From positions 1-43,465 of IMG/VR virus record IMGVR_UViG_3300017716_001271: DNA of 43,465 nt. One strand, 5' to 3'. This DNA is from a virus. Its lineage: Duplodnaviria > Caudoviricetes. This document shows, one piece after another, positions 8,185 through 17,146 of this stretch. Under the pieces are notes generated by a model, which searched no databases, had not been told where the DNA came from, and worked only from the letters and a program-made list of their open reading frames with translations. Each line of letters begins with the position of its first letter. The first letter of the stretch is position 1. Position numbers and translations under genes: made by a program.

Positions 8185-9249
8185 TCAGCCATACAAGCCG
8201 CGAAGACCGGCCAACGTCAAGGGCTGACCGTCACCCGAGACGAGTTGCGACAGTGTTATTTTGCCCGACCGCCATAGATCGGCCCGGCCTTTCCCTAGCA
8301 TGGCGTCTTGTTGCTCGCGCGACTGGCGAGCAAGCCAAACAGCAAAGCTTTGACGTACGGCCTGTTCGTTCTTCCGTAGTATCTCAACAATGATTGAACG
8401 ACAGTTGAAATGTCGCGGGGGTCCGCCGTTGTACGGTAGTGTGTTCGGCGCAATCGGTACAAGGTCGAGTGTCCAAGCCGCGTCACTGTAGGCAATGCAA
8501 GTCGTCGTCGTGCGGTCGTCAAGCGTGCTAATCTGACGAATGCCTTTGACAAGCTTACTGTTGCGACGGAACGCAGCAAGACGCGCATTCATAAGCAACG
8601 CTTGTATCGTCGTGTTTGACAGCGCGTTTGTGTCAGCAACAATCTTTGTGATTACGCCCGCGCTGAAGTTCGGCGCGACACCCGTTGCTGTAGGCTTCAC
8701 GCTACCAATGTTCACCGGGCGCGTTGCAACAGGCGTGACGATTTGCGGTCGGTTGCGTAGTCCCTGACTGCCCACAATCCGCGCCAGTATTTCGCGTGTC
8801 GTCTCGCCGTTCGCGACGCCCTGACGAATAGCGGAAGCAATGCGGAACTTGATTGACTGTTGCGTACGCAGTCGCCACGCGGCAACCGTACCGCCGACAA
8901 TGAGCAACGCGCCGATACCGGCGGCGGTAATCAACGGGAAGTCGGTTTCGTCCTGTTCGGGCGCTACGTTGTGCGCCGTCTGCACCGCCATAAGTTGCCA
9001 GAATTGTGCAAACGTGTCGTCGTCAAACGCAAGCAACATGCTGTTGTCAACAATGGCGTCAACGGTCTTAATCAGCTTGTTGAGTTCGCGACGGCTGATA
9101 CCTGACAACTTGGTCAGGGCAAGCCGCTTCGCAATGTCGTTTGTCATCCCGGCGATAATGTCACGAATGCGGATACGCTCGCTTGCGCTAAACTGCAAAG
9201 CAGCAAGCGCCATTCGTACGGCCCGGTCGTATCTCTCTTGCGGTGTCAT
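8185..9249 (-). CDS. Head morphogenesis protein (SPP1 gp7/Mu F family)
   Basis: STLDDRTTTTC...PPRHFNCRS signature; follows the portal. Confidence 0.88.
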   Translation of the reverse strand: MTPQERYDRAVRMALAALQFSASERIRIRDIIAGMTNDIAKRLALTKLSGISRRELNKLIKTVDAIVDNSMLLAFDDDTFAQFWQLMAVQTAHNVAPEQDETDFPLITAAGIGALLIVGGTVAAWRLRTQQSIKFRIASAIRQGVANGETTREILARIVGSQGLRNRPQIVTPVATRPVNIGSVKPTATGVAPNFSAGVITKIVADTNALSNTTIQALLMNARLAAFRRNSKLVKGIRQISTLDDRTTTTCIAYSDAAWTLDLVPIAPNTLPYNGGPPRHFNCRSIIVEILRKNEQAVRQSFAVWLARQSREQQDAMLGKGRADLWRSGKITLSQLVSGDGQPLTLAGLRGLYG

Positions 9250-10733
9250 GCGGGCGGCGCGTCGTCTTCCTCGTCTTCCTCGTCAACGGCGTTCGGGTCA
9301 GCGACGCCGACAGGTAGCGGGGGCGGCGTTGCAGCAATTTCCGCTTGCTGTTCTTCAAGCGTTTTCTTGCTGTCGATAACGTCGCCGCGCTGCAAGTTCT
9401 CAAACAGGTCTTCTGTCGAGAGTGCGCCCGCTTGCCATGCGCCAACAAGCGCCGACAGTTGCGCCGGTTCCATCGGTACAGGCATGAAGTCGCGGTTAAG
9501 GTCAAATTCAACGTTGGGCGTACCGCCCGCCCATAGGCTGAAAATGTCCATAGCGCGCTTGACGGCGAGGCTGATACTGATTGCGATACTGGCAAGAATG
9601 CTGTTTTCGCCGCTGCGGTGAATGGCGCTTGTCGTCGCTGTCTCTGCCTGTTTCTTTTCGGCGGCGAGCATACGCGCGCCAAGTACCGCCATTTGTTGTT
9701 CTTTGCGGTCAAGGTTTTCTTTCAGTGTCGTAAGACCTTGTCCCTTAAATTCGAGAAATTCGGCCTTTGCGTTCGGGTCCGCAAATGTCCAAACGACAGG
9801 CGAACCGATATGAAAGCTTTTCGTCACGGGCTTACCTTGCCCGTCAACCGTGTCGGCGTAACCGGCAATCCATGCGGTCGGCAACGCGGTAAAATGGCAA
9901 CCGTGTTCATAGTCCGCCGACGTGCGATAGTGCGACAGGTTCAAGTCTGCAAGGTCGATAAGCGGCGGTTCGTCGGCGTCAATGTCAACGCCGTTCACGC
10001 CGATAAAGATAAACGGAATTTCCGTCATGGGCGCGTTGTTCATTAGCGGGAACAGGTCAACGCCGATTTGTTGGTCTTTGCCGTCAAGGCCGATCTTGAA
10101 CAGGCGCACCCGGTACAGGTTCGTTTTCGGGTCAAGAGCAAGCACGCGGTATTGTTGTTCGTCAGTGTCTTCAAACTCGTCTTTGGGAAGCGCGGCGGTT
10201 TCTTTCAGCACGACAAGCGACAGCACTTGCTTGTTGTTTACGCGGCGTGTCTTCCAATTGATACTTGCTTCCGCCGCGTACATGGCGAGAAACGGACGCA
10301 GCCCGGCGGCTTGTACTTGCGCGACTGTCGGCGTTGAGCCGTCAGGGTTGACGAGTGCGGCGGGGTGATCGACAAGCAGGCCCAAGCGTCCCGTCGTCAG
10401 TACGTCAGTCGTCACGTTGTTGACGAACACGTTGAACGGCGTACCCTGCATGTCAATGTCGTCAAGCATGGGCGTAACAGCGGGCGGCATAACTTCGGTT
10501 GGCGGCTTCCGAAAGACCATGCCCACAAGCCCGCTAATCGTGCGCCATGTCGCGTTATAGAAGGGCGAACGAAGCTTGCGCGCGGCGTAATCGGGTTCGG
10601 GTTCTTCAGTCAGGCGCGGGAGGTACAACGGCCCGGCGGCGTGTATCGCGTCCTGACCGGCGACCGTGTCGCGCATACGCTTCCATTGCGTGACGCGGGC
10701 CTTGTATTGCTTGTGTTCGTGCTTGACTGTCAT
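9246..10733 (-). CDS. Portal protein (DUF4055 type)
   Basis: 495 aa after terminase; YLPRL...FYNATWRT; PPLIDLADLNLSHYRTSADYEH; LGARML. Confidence 0.9.
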   Translation of the reverse strand: MTVKHEHKQYKARVTQWKRMRDTVAGQDAIHAAGPLYLPRLTEEPEPDYAARKLRSPFYNATWRTISGLVGMVFRKPPTEVMPPAVTPMLDDIDMQGTPFNVFVNNVTTDVLTTGRLGLLVDHPAALVNPDGSTPTVAQVQAAGLRPFLAMYAAEASINWKTRRVNNKQVLSLVVLKETAALPKDEFEDTDEQQYRVLALDPKTNLYRVRLFKIGLDGKDQQIGVDLFPLMNNAPMTEIPFIFIGVNGVDIDADEPPLIDLADLNLSHYRTSADYEHGCHFTALPTAWIAGYADTVDGQGKPVTKSFHIGSPVVWTFADPNAKAEFLEFKGQGLTTLKENLDRKEQQMAVLGARMLAAEKKQAETATTSAIHRSGENSILASIAISISLAVKRAMDIFSLWAGGTPNVEFDLNRDFMPVPMEPAQLSALVGAWQAGALSTEDLFENLQRGDVIDSKKTLEEQQAEIAATPPPLPVGVADPNAVDEEDEEDDAPPA

Positions 10734-10734
10734 G

Positions 10735-12003
10735 TTATGCCCCGCTCAACCTAGACCGCCCCGCCGCCGGTCCCGTCACCGGGAACCTGTAGCAAATGAA
10801 GTACCCGCCCGCGTCGTTGATATGGTCAAAGCCGCTAGTCTTATCGGGCTCGCCGTTATCGTCGTACGCCTGCTTTTCGAGTGCGTCAGCAAACGCCGGG
10901 CAACGCTCCGCATTAACCCGCATGGCCCGTTTATGCAACAGGACATTCATAGACAAAACCCGATCTTTGACGAACGGGTTAGACGGGTTGACGCAGACAT
11001 TGAAGCCCGCCGCACGCAACAACGCAATGTCTGACACGCTCGCGTTTGTCGTCTTGCGTGCGCTACCGCTCGCGTCGGGATAAATGAAAATTTGGTGTCC
11101 CGCCGAACGCTGTTGAATTATGCGTATCATGGTCGGGGTGTCAGTGACGCCGGTTAGTTCCGCGACAGCGTGCGGTACGCCGTCGCGATACACGAACACG
11201 ACAGCCGCCATTTTCATAACGTTGAAGTCCATACCGATATGAAGCGTATCTTTATACGCGTCGGTACTGACAATGCTTTCCGTTGAGCCGTTCAACTTGC
11301 GGTCATAGTTCGGGTACACCGAACCGCTAGTCAGGTTGACAAACTCGCCGTTGAGGTACGCCGCCAACAACTGCGGCGGGTACGCTTCCTCTAGGTTGCG
11401 AATGTAATCAGCCGGGAGGTTGCGCGAGTTGCTGTACGTGCTGGCGCGAATAAGTTGATAGTCGGCGCTTGGCGGTTTCTTGTACCATTGGTCATACACG
11501 AACCTAAAGCCTTCCGGCGTCGTGGCGACAGCAATTGTATTCTTGGTTTGGTCGGGTGTCTTCTGACGATTACGCGCAAGTATCTTTGTCCAAACGCTAC
11601 GCGCGTCTTTGTCTTTCAGGGTGTCGAGTTCGTCAACGCCCGAGTGCATTACCTCATAACCAACGATACGCGCGGGCCTGTCCATTGTCCGCATGATAAT
11701 TTCGCCCGCGCCTTCAACGCGTATCATGGGCGTGTTAGACTTCACCGTTTTGTACGGTATGTTATCCGCGCTTAGTTCTTCCTCCCAACGCGGGAAGGCA
11801 ATTGTATTCACAAGGTCGTATGTGGGCAGATAATATGCAATGTTCCCCATAGGGTACTTGCACTTAAGTATTTTCAGGCGCGTAATCAGCGCCTTTGTCT
11901 TGCCGCTACCTAGTCCCCCAACGAACGCCGGAAATTGCGCTTGCGTGGCGACTAGATCAAACTGCGGCCCTGTTAGCAGAATGTCCGTCGCCGGGGCTGT
12001 CAT
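10735..12003 (-). CDS. terL: Terminase large subunit
   Basis: Walker A GGLGSGKT, Walker B GVDE, TTPEG motif III, nuclease IGMDFN and DHINDAGGY. Confidence 0.95.
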   Translation of the reverse strand: MTAPATDILLTGPQFDLVATQAQFPAFVGGLGSGKTKALITRLKILKCKYPMGNIAYYLPTYDLVNTIAFPRWEEELSADNIPYKTVKSNTPMIRVEGAGEIIMRTMDRPARIVGYEVMHSGVDELDTLKDKDARSVWTKILARNRQKTPDQTKNTIAVATTPEGFRFVYDQWYKKPPSADYQLIRASTYSNSRNLPADYIRNLEEAYPPQLLAAYLNGEFVNLTSGSVYPNYDRKLNGSTESIVSTDAYKDTLHIGMDFNVMKMAAVVFVYRDGVPHAVAELTGVTDTPTMIRIIQQRSAGHQIFIYPDASGSARKTTNASVSDIALLRAAGFNVCVNPSNPFVKDRVLSMNVLLHKRAMRVNAERCPAFADALEKQAYDDNGEPDKTSGFDHINDAGGYFICYRFPVTGPAAGRSRLSGA

Positions 12004-12445
12004 CGGTGTACTTCATAATGTTATAGACCGGCAGTCCGTTTCCGGCGGGCTTTTCAGGGGGCGGCGTGTCAGTCAGCAAACCGTTTAGTTTGCCGATACT
12101 GTCAAGAATGTCTTTGTGTGCTTTCTTCTCTTGAAAGTTCATAGTCTTGTTGCGGTACAGCGCGACGTACGCACGCTGCAATTGTTCTTTGGTCGTGATA
12201 GCGCCGTAATCGTCGTCGCCTTCGTAACGGTATTGGTCGCGAAGTGCGATTACCTCGCTATCAAATTGCCATTGCGAACCGGCCAAGCCGCCGCGTGCAA
12301 TCGCGTCAGGCAGGCCCTTGAATGTCTCTAGGCCAGCCCATGCCGCCGACTGTTCCGGGTTGCGAGCCCACAACCTCGCGAACTTGTCGCGAAGCGCGGC
12401 CCGGTCTTCATCGGGCCGGAAAACAACTGACGGCCAAGCGGTCAT
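11957..12445 (-). CDS. Putative terminase small subunit
   Basis: 162 aa helical protein overlapping the terL start; assigned by synteny only. Confidence 0.6.
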   Translation of the reverse strand: MTAWPSVVFRPDEDRAALRDKFARLWARNPEQSAAWAGLETFKGLPDAIARGGLAGSQWQFDSEVIALRDQYRYEGDDDYGAITTKEQLQRAYVALYRNKTMNFQEKKAHKDILDSIGKLNGLLTDTPPPEKPAGNGLPVYNIMKYTDDSPGDGHSANRAAV

Positions 12446-12450
12446 GCGAA

Positions 12451-12708
12451 TTAGTTAGCGCGGTTTGACCATTCGCGCAACGCGTCAACTTTCGCGGCGC
12501 ACACGTCCCGTTGTTCGCGCGTGTCGGTTAGCTCGTCAATCGCGTCGCCAACGTCGTACAGCGGGGTTTGCGAGACGGGACAGGGCGCGACCATGTCAGC
12601 CGGGGGGACAACCCGAACGTCGCGATACTCAACGATTGGGGGCGTTGAGGGCGTCGCGCAAGCTATCAGGCAGAGGGGTAGAAAGCAGGTCAGCAACAAC
12701 CGGGTCAT
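12451..12708 (-). CDS. o-spanin (Rz1-like lipoprotein)
   Basis: MTRLLLTCFLPLCLIA-C lipobox; Pro-rich with Cys; overlaps the i-spanin 3' end in another frame. Confidence 0.8.
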   Translation of the reverse strand: MTRLLLTCFLPLCLIACATPSTPPIVEYRDVRVVPPADMVAPCPVSQTPLYDVGDAIDELTDTREQRDVCAAKVDALREWSNRAN

Positions 12709-13006
12709 TCCGTTCAATCTCCCGAATGATCGTACGGGTACGGTCAGCTTTTGCAGCAACGGCCCCGACCGCTACAGTAAGCCGGTCGATTGCGGCTAGG
12801 TCAAGCTTTCTGTTCGCTTCAAGCCGGGCGATTGTTTCGGCGTTCGCTTTGTTCGCGCCGCGAAGGTTGGCGGCTTCCTGTTGCAGCGTTTCGTACTGTG
12901 ACTTGCTCAACTTCAAGTCTGCAACGACGGTCGAGTAATGCCAGTACGCGAGCGCCAGCAGTAACGCGACGCCGCCAGCAATCCAAAGCCTAACCGATAA
13001 CGACAC
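12629..13006 (-). CDS. i-spanin (Rz-like)
   Basis: N-terminal TM (LWIAGGVALLLALAYW), then coiled coil, C-terminal TPLPDSLR; likely GTG start at 13006 (ORF track extends to 13138). Confidence 0.8.
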   Translation of the reverse strand: MSLSVRLWIAGGVALLLALAYWHYSTVVADLKLSKSQYETLQQEAANLRGANKANAETIARLEANRKLDLAAIDRLTVAVGAVAAKADRTRTIIREIERNDPVVADLLSTPLPDSLRDALNAPNR

Positions 13007-13214
13007 GAACGTTGACCTTGCGCTTGCGACGCTCGCACCATTGCGCGCGTATGCAGTTGAGACAGTCGGTATTCTCGCCATTGATACAGGCAAGCAGCCT
13101 GTCAATTTCTTCGCGCTTCGCTTGCACGTCGGCTTCAACTGTCTTCACAAGCGCCGATTGTTGGGCGCGCGTACCGTACGCAGACTTGTTTACGACTGAA
13201 AGCAAACCGGCCAT
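12990..13214 (-). CDS. Hypothetical protein in lysis cassette
   Basis: 74 aa with ATG and AGGA RBS; four Cys; basic C-terminus. Confidence 0.55.
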   Translation of the reverse strand: MAGLLSVVNKSAYGTRAQQSALVKTVEADVQAKREEIDRLLACINGENTDCLNCIRAQWCERRKRKVNVRVVIG

Positions 13215-13229
13215 GTTGTGCAGTCCTGT

Positions 13230-13433
13230 CTAGCGGAACTTGTCAAGCGTCGCGATTGCTTGCGACAGCTTTTCGACACATGCGATACCCTCAAGTATGC
13301 GGGCGTCTTGAGCCTTAACATACAGCCCGTGAACTTTCCAGAGGGCAAGGCAAAGCCCTAGAATAGCCGCGCCGGGAAGGCCCGCCCCTAGCAAACTCTC
13401 AACGAACCCTGCGGTTGCCTGATCCATGCCCAC
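13230..13433 (-). CDS. Putative holin (single TM)
   Basis: 67 aa; hydrophobic LLGAGLPGAAILGLCLALW; between endolysin and spanins; GTG and ATG starts two codons apart. Confidence 0.55.
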   Translation of the reverse strand: MGMDQATAGFVESLLGAGLPGAAILGLCLALWKVHGLYVKAQDARILEGIACVEKLSQAIATLDKFR

Positions 13434-13463
13434 AAACCCCTTGAAGCGCCATCTAGGGCGACG

Positions 13464-13988
13464 CTAGGCCATTCCAAGAGCCGTCGCGCGGGCGTCGTCA
13501 ACTCGGTTCGTCCATCCCTTACCGTATTCGGGCCAGTCGTCAAGGCCGCGCATGTACTGCAACCGCACGTCGCACACGTCGTTGATTGTTTCGTGTACGC
13601 CGAACTTGGCAACGTGCGCCTGTACGGCCTTGATTGTCAGGGGGCCAATGTTCCCGTCAGCTTTCGCGCCGACAGTCTTTTGCAAGTATTTGATTGACCG
13701 GCCCGGCCCGCTGTTCAAGCTGAAGTCAAATACCGCGAAGTCAAGGCCCTTGGGGAGCAAGTCGCACTTGCATTCGTCCCAATGGTCAACTTGGTATATC
13801 GCCCTGACTTCGGCCTGTTCAATTTGTCGCACGTCACGAAGGGGTTTGCCTTCCCGTTGGCGGTACGCGTTGTATGACCGTTGAGTGACGCCGAAGTTGG
13901 TAGGCCCGCCGTTGTCAGTCGGGCGGTTGACGTACCCGCCTTCGCTAATGCGTGACGCGTCGTAACAGGCGGTGAAGTTGCCGAGCAT
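13464..13988 (-). CDS. Endolysin, glycoside hydrolase family 108 with peptidoglycan-binding domain
   Basis: SEGGYVN..D.GGPTNFGVT catalytic motif; FDFSLNSG; DGNIGPLT; YGKGWTNRV. Confidence 0.93.
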   Translation of the reverse strand: MLGNFTACYDASRISEGGYVNRPTDNGGPTNFGVTQRSYNAYRQREGKPLRDVRQIEQAEVRAIYQVDHWDECKCDLLPKGLDFAVFDFSLNSGPGRSIKYLQKTVGAKADGNIGPLTIKAVQAHVAKFGVHETINDVCDVRLQYMRGLDDWPEYGKGWTNRVDDARATALGMA

Positions 13989-13999
13989 GTGAACCCCTC

Positions 14000-14034
14000 A
14001 AACGGAAAACCCCGCCAGCATTACACTGGCGGGG
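14000..14034 (-). terminator. Rho-independent terminator upstream of the lysis/late genes
   Basis: CCCCGCCAG-N7-CTGGCGGGG followed by TTTTCCGTTT. Confidence 0.8.
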
Positions 14035-14089
14035 CTCCCATGCAAGGGCCGGGCGGGTTGGGGGGTTCCCGGTTGTCCCTGCTAGGCCG

Positions 14090-14704
14090 TTAAGCCGCCG
14101 GGGCGGCTTTTTTCTTGCGCGGCTTGGCTTCCGCCGGGCCGTCAGCGTCGGGCAGGCGTTCGACAAGCGCGCCGTCTTCCGGGGCGACGAACGAACCGTA
14201 CGTCTTGCCAGCCTCGACAATGTCAACCGCGAAGCGTTTGACACCGGCGCGAGCGTGCGCCCGTGCGGCAAGCTTGGTCGCGCGGTTCGGGTGTTTCACG
14301 CCAGCCGCAGCGGCGACGAAGAACGCACCGCCGACAGGGGCGCTGTCGAAAAGTCCGCCGAAGTCGTACTTGGGCTTGGCCGGGCGTTTCGCGCGGGCCG
14401 GTTTCGCCGGGCGCACATAGCCCGTAACGATGAAGACGCGCGGCTTGTCAGCGGCGGGGGCGGTCGTGTTCGTCATGGTCGGTTCTTCCTTCGCGGGTTG
14501 CGCTTGGGCGGTATTGCCGAGCGCGGCCTTGCCTGCTTCCGTCACGCGGCAAGCAATGTCAAGACCTTTTTTCATGGCGTCGTTTGTTTCGACAAGCGAC
14601 GCAGCGACAAGCGCCTTAAGGGCGGCGCTGTTGCTCTTGACCATTGCGTACCCTTCGGGGGCGTTCGCAATCTTGGTCAGCAGTTCGGTTTGTTTCGCGT
14701 CCAT
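14090..14704 (-). CDS. Basic Ala/Lys/Pro-rich putative DNA-binding protein
   Basis: ATG at 14704 with AAAGGA RBS; RPAKPARAKRPAKPKYDF...FFV; KPRKKKAAPAA tail; own promoter and terminator. Confidence 0.6.
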   Translation of the reverse strand: MDAKQTELLTKIANAPEGYAMVKSNSAALKALVAASLVETNDAMKKGLDIACRVTEAGKAALGNTAQAQPAKEEPTMTNTTAPAADKPRVFIVTGYVRPAKPARAKRPAKPKYDFGGLFDSAPVGGAFFVAAAAGVKHPNRATKLAARAHARAGVKRFAVDIVEAGKTYGSFVAPEDGALVERLPDADGPAEAKPRKKKAAPAA

Positions 14705-14755
14705 TAGTCTTGTGTCCTTTCCTGTTGTTGACACGTTGTCGTCAGTCGTATGAGC

Positions 14756-14783
14756 AACATACAAGTATCATGCCGCGCGTCAA
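14756..14783 (-). promoter_or_regulatory. Sigma70-like promoter
   Basis: TTGACG-N16-TATGTT. Confidence 0.55.
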
Positions 14784-15088
14784 GCCTCGTCACGCGAAAA
14801 CTTTAGGGCTAGGTCAACGCTCGCCGTAATCCGTTGCAGTTGTTCGGCTAGGGCGTCTTCCCTGATAAGGTCGGCTGTCTCTAGGAACGTCGCCAGTAAG
14901 CGTTGAACCGTGTTGAGGGTTTGGTATAGGGAACCGCTCGCGCGCAACAGGGCAACGTACCGGGGGTCAGCGCGGCCAATGATAACGTACTTGCCCGGCG
15001 AGCCTGTCACGATAAGGCCGTCAGCCGTCGCCGCTAGGCGCAAGTCAAGTAATTCTTCGTGTGTTAGGGGGCGGTTGCCGTCAGCCAT
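14780..15088 (-). CDS. Hypothetical protein
   Basis: MADGNRPL... 102 aa, helical; tightly packed with neighbours. Confidence 0.6.
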   Translation of the reverse strand: MADGNRPLTHEELLDLRLAATADGLIVTGSPGKYVIIGRADPRYVALLRASGSLYQTLNTVQRLLATFLETADLIREDALAEQLQRITASVDLALKFSRDEA

Positions 15089-15272
15089 TTGCACACCGCG
15101 TACACGGCTGCACCGATACCAAGCAGGATTGTAAACACATTGGCGCACCCTCGCGCGGCCCCCAAGCCGTCAGCGTCGCCGTTCTCATGTTCGTACTTTG
15201 TCGGATCGTCCCGCATGTCATCCCCGCCCGTATGTGCGGTATGACCTTTGCACGCTGTCCCATTTTGAACAA
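15081..15272 (-). CDS. Hypothetical protein
   Basis: 63 aa filling the gap between genes; TTG start. Confidence 0.35.
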   Translation of the reverse strand: MFKMGQRAKVIPHIRAGMTCGTIRQSTNMRTATLTAWGPREGAPMCLQSCLVSVQPCTRCANG

Positions 15273-15275
15273 GTC

Positions 15276-15704
15276 CTAATCTGGCGCGAATTGCGCCGGA
15301 TCGCTCACGTATCCGGCGATTTGCAGGTATTCAAGCACGGCCTGTACCGCCTCGCGATAGCCCTTAGCCTCGCGCCACATGTACCGCTGACTTTCGCAGT
15401 ACGCGGCGAAGTCCTTTTGCTCTGGCGACATGCCTTTGCCGCCTTTGACTTTCTTGAGTTCGATATACAGCCCGGCGTATTGTGGGCATGTCACCGGCAA
15501 AAACATATCATGCACGCCAGCCGTAACGCCCGCTGCTTTGTCTCGCGCGCCGTGTACTGCGTCGCCGTGTCCCTGATTGTGTACCGCGTGAAGCCAACGC
15601 ACGATTGGCAACCTGCCCACAATGAGCGTACGCCAGAGAAACACCGCCGCCTGTTCGCCCCATTCCGTCCCTGACTTGGTCAGGCTCGCGTAATCAACGC
15701 CCAT
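15276..15704 (-). CDS. VRR-NUC domain endonuclease
   Basis: E..EQ; HAVHNQG; GVTAGVHDMFL; GLYIELK; SPEQKDF (PD-(D/E)XK, VRR-NUC pattern). Confidence 0.85.
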   Translation of the reverse strand: MGVDYASLTKSGTEWGEQAAVFLWRTLIVGRLPIVRWLHAVHNQGHGDAVHGARDKAAGVTAGVHDMFLPVTCPQYAGLYIELKKVKGGKGMSPEQKDFAAYCESQRYMWREAKGYREAVQAVLEYLQIAGYVSDPAQFAPD

Positions 15705-15906
15705 GCGGGTAACGGAATGCGGGGCCGCATGACGCGCAATCGGGAAAGCAGTAATTGCGCTTGGCGTACAAGTCGGGGTCGTCAGGCGACCATGTCTTGC
15801 AGTCGTACAGGGGCGGCGTTGTCGTGCATCCGACCGCGCCAATAACGGCGAGTATGATAATCACGGCAACGAGTGTCGCCCATAGTGCGCCCTTGCGGTT
15901 TGTCAT
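15694..15906 (-). CDS. Small Cys-rich lipoprotein
   Basis: MTNRKG, hydrophobic core, AVG-C lipobox, four further Cys. Confidence 0.6.
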   Translation of the reverse strand: MTNRKGALWATLVAVIIILAVIGAVGCTTTPPLYDCKTWSPDDPDLYAKRNYCFPDCASCGPAFRYPHGR

Positions 15907-16031
15907 GGGCCGCACTCGCGCGTATTGTCGGGGCGTGCTGACGACGTGTTGCACACTGGCGTACTGCCGACAATGTACAGGCCCGCCAGTATCAGCGCGA
16001 TAAGCAGCAAGTTAAAGCGGTGTCCCTTCAC
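15903..16031 (-). CDS. 42-aa membrane/secreted peptide (not in ORF track)
   Basis: MKGHRFNLLLIALILAGLYIVGSTPVCNTSSARPDNTRECGP*; GTGA and ATGA overlaps with both neighbours. Confidence 0.65.
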   Translation of the reverse strand: MKGHRFNLLLIALILAGLYIVGSTPVCNTSSARPDNTRECGP

Positions 16032-16288
16032 TTCCGTTGTTCCTCTTGTATGCGTTCGTTGATTTGGTCAATCGCAAGTTCGGTGTTCTCAATCACCCGG
16101 CGCAAGCGTTCGCGGTCGGCAATGTCCGCCCGGTTGAATTGCGTACGATAGCTCGCCAGTTCTAGGCGCGTACGGTCAAGCGCCCGCAACAGGTCGTTGA
16201 TACGGTCTTGCCTGTCGTTGAGCCGGGGTACGACAACGATACGCCGAAACGGCAGTATTTTAGCCGTTCGTTGCGGGGGCTCTGTCAT
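16028..16288 (-). CDS. Hypothetical coiled-coil protein
   Basis: MTEPPQRTAKILPF... 86 aa; AAGGGA RBS. Confidence 0.55.
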   Translation of the reverse strand: MTEPPQRTAKILPFRRIVVVPRLNDRQDRINDLLRALDRTRLELASYRTQFNRADIADRERLRRVIENTELAIDQINERIQEEQRK

Positions 16289-16466
16289 TGGCGCGTGTCC
16301 CTTTGCGCGGTCGCCAATTGTTCTGCAAGCCGCGCGCCGCGTATTGGTTCGCGTCGTGCTGTACGCGAAACTTCCGCTTTGCCTCGTCAATGTCGGCTTG
16401 TTCAAACACGATTGTTTCACCGCCGTTGCGGGGCTTGATAAAGTGCTTGCCCTTTGTCACGGTCAT
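16260..16466 (-). CDS. Hypothetical protein
   Basis: 68 aa, ATGA-coupled to the MazG-like gene. Confidence 0.5.
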   Translation of the reverse strand: MTVTKGKHFIKPRNGGETIVFEQADIDEAKRKFRVQHDANQYAARGLQNNWRPRKGTRANDRAPATNG

Positions 16467-17146
16467 TCGCCCTTGAAGTATTTGCGGCCCCGGTCGGCTT
16501 GGTCGCGCTGTTCTTCAGTCATGCCGACTGCGTCGGCTAGGCGCTCGCGTGCAAGGTCGCCGTTCGTCGTGTCAGCGCGGTTCACGTTCAAGCCCTTGCC
16601 TTGGCTTTCGCCCTCAAGTATCGCGCGTTCGGTCGCAAGGTCGCGGTTGTTGGCGTCGTGTTCGGTGAAGGCGTTCGGGAAGCGGGCGCGAAGCTTCGCA
16701 ATGTTGATAACCTCGTCTTGCTCCCATGTGTTGCCGAGTGCGTGCGCCAGTACAGCCAAGTACCATTTGGCGTCGCCGCTTTCCTCTGTCATGTTGACAA
16801 GGTCAAGCGCGCGGTTCTTTGTCATAGCCTTGTACACGGCTTCAAGCATTTCGCTTGCTTCCGTCACAAGTCCAATTGTCGCGTGCAAGATATGTTCGGC
16901 TGTCTTGGGGTCGGGGTGCAGCGCCGACAGCATTTCACGCCAGACTGTATCAGCTTCCGCGCCATCCGGCGGCGGTATCTTGAAGTCGCGCCCGTAAAAG
17001 AGGCTTTTCTTGCACTCGTCTAGCGCGTCACCGGCAGAGATAGCAGCCCGCATACGCGTAACGAACGCGCCGGGGTTCACCTTGTCAGTGTGAAATTGAT
17101 TGGACAGCGTCAGCGTCGCTTGTGCGACGTAATCAAACTTGGTCAT
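16463..17146 (-). CDS. mazG: MazG-like nucleotide pyrophosphohydrolase
   Basis: LHATIGLVTEASEMLE...EESGDAKWYLA...NIAKLRARFP all-alpha NTP-PPase motif; ATG at 17146 with AGGGG RBS. Confidence 0.88.
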   Translation of the reverse strand: MTKFDYVAQATLTLSNQFHTDKVNPGAFVTRMRAAISAGDALDECKKSLFYGRDFKIPPPDGAEADTVWREMLSALHPDPKTAEHILHATIGLVTEASEMLEAVYKAMTKNRALDLVNMTEESGDAKWYLAVLAHALGNTWEQDEVINIAKLRARFPNAFTEHDANNRDLATERAILEGESQGKGLNVNRADTTNGDLARERLADAVGMTEEQRDQADRGRKYFKGE

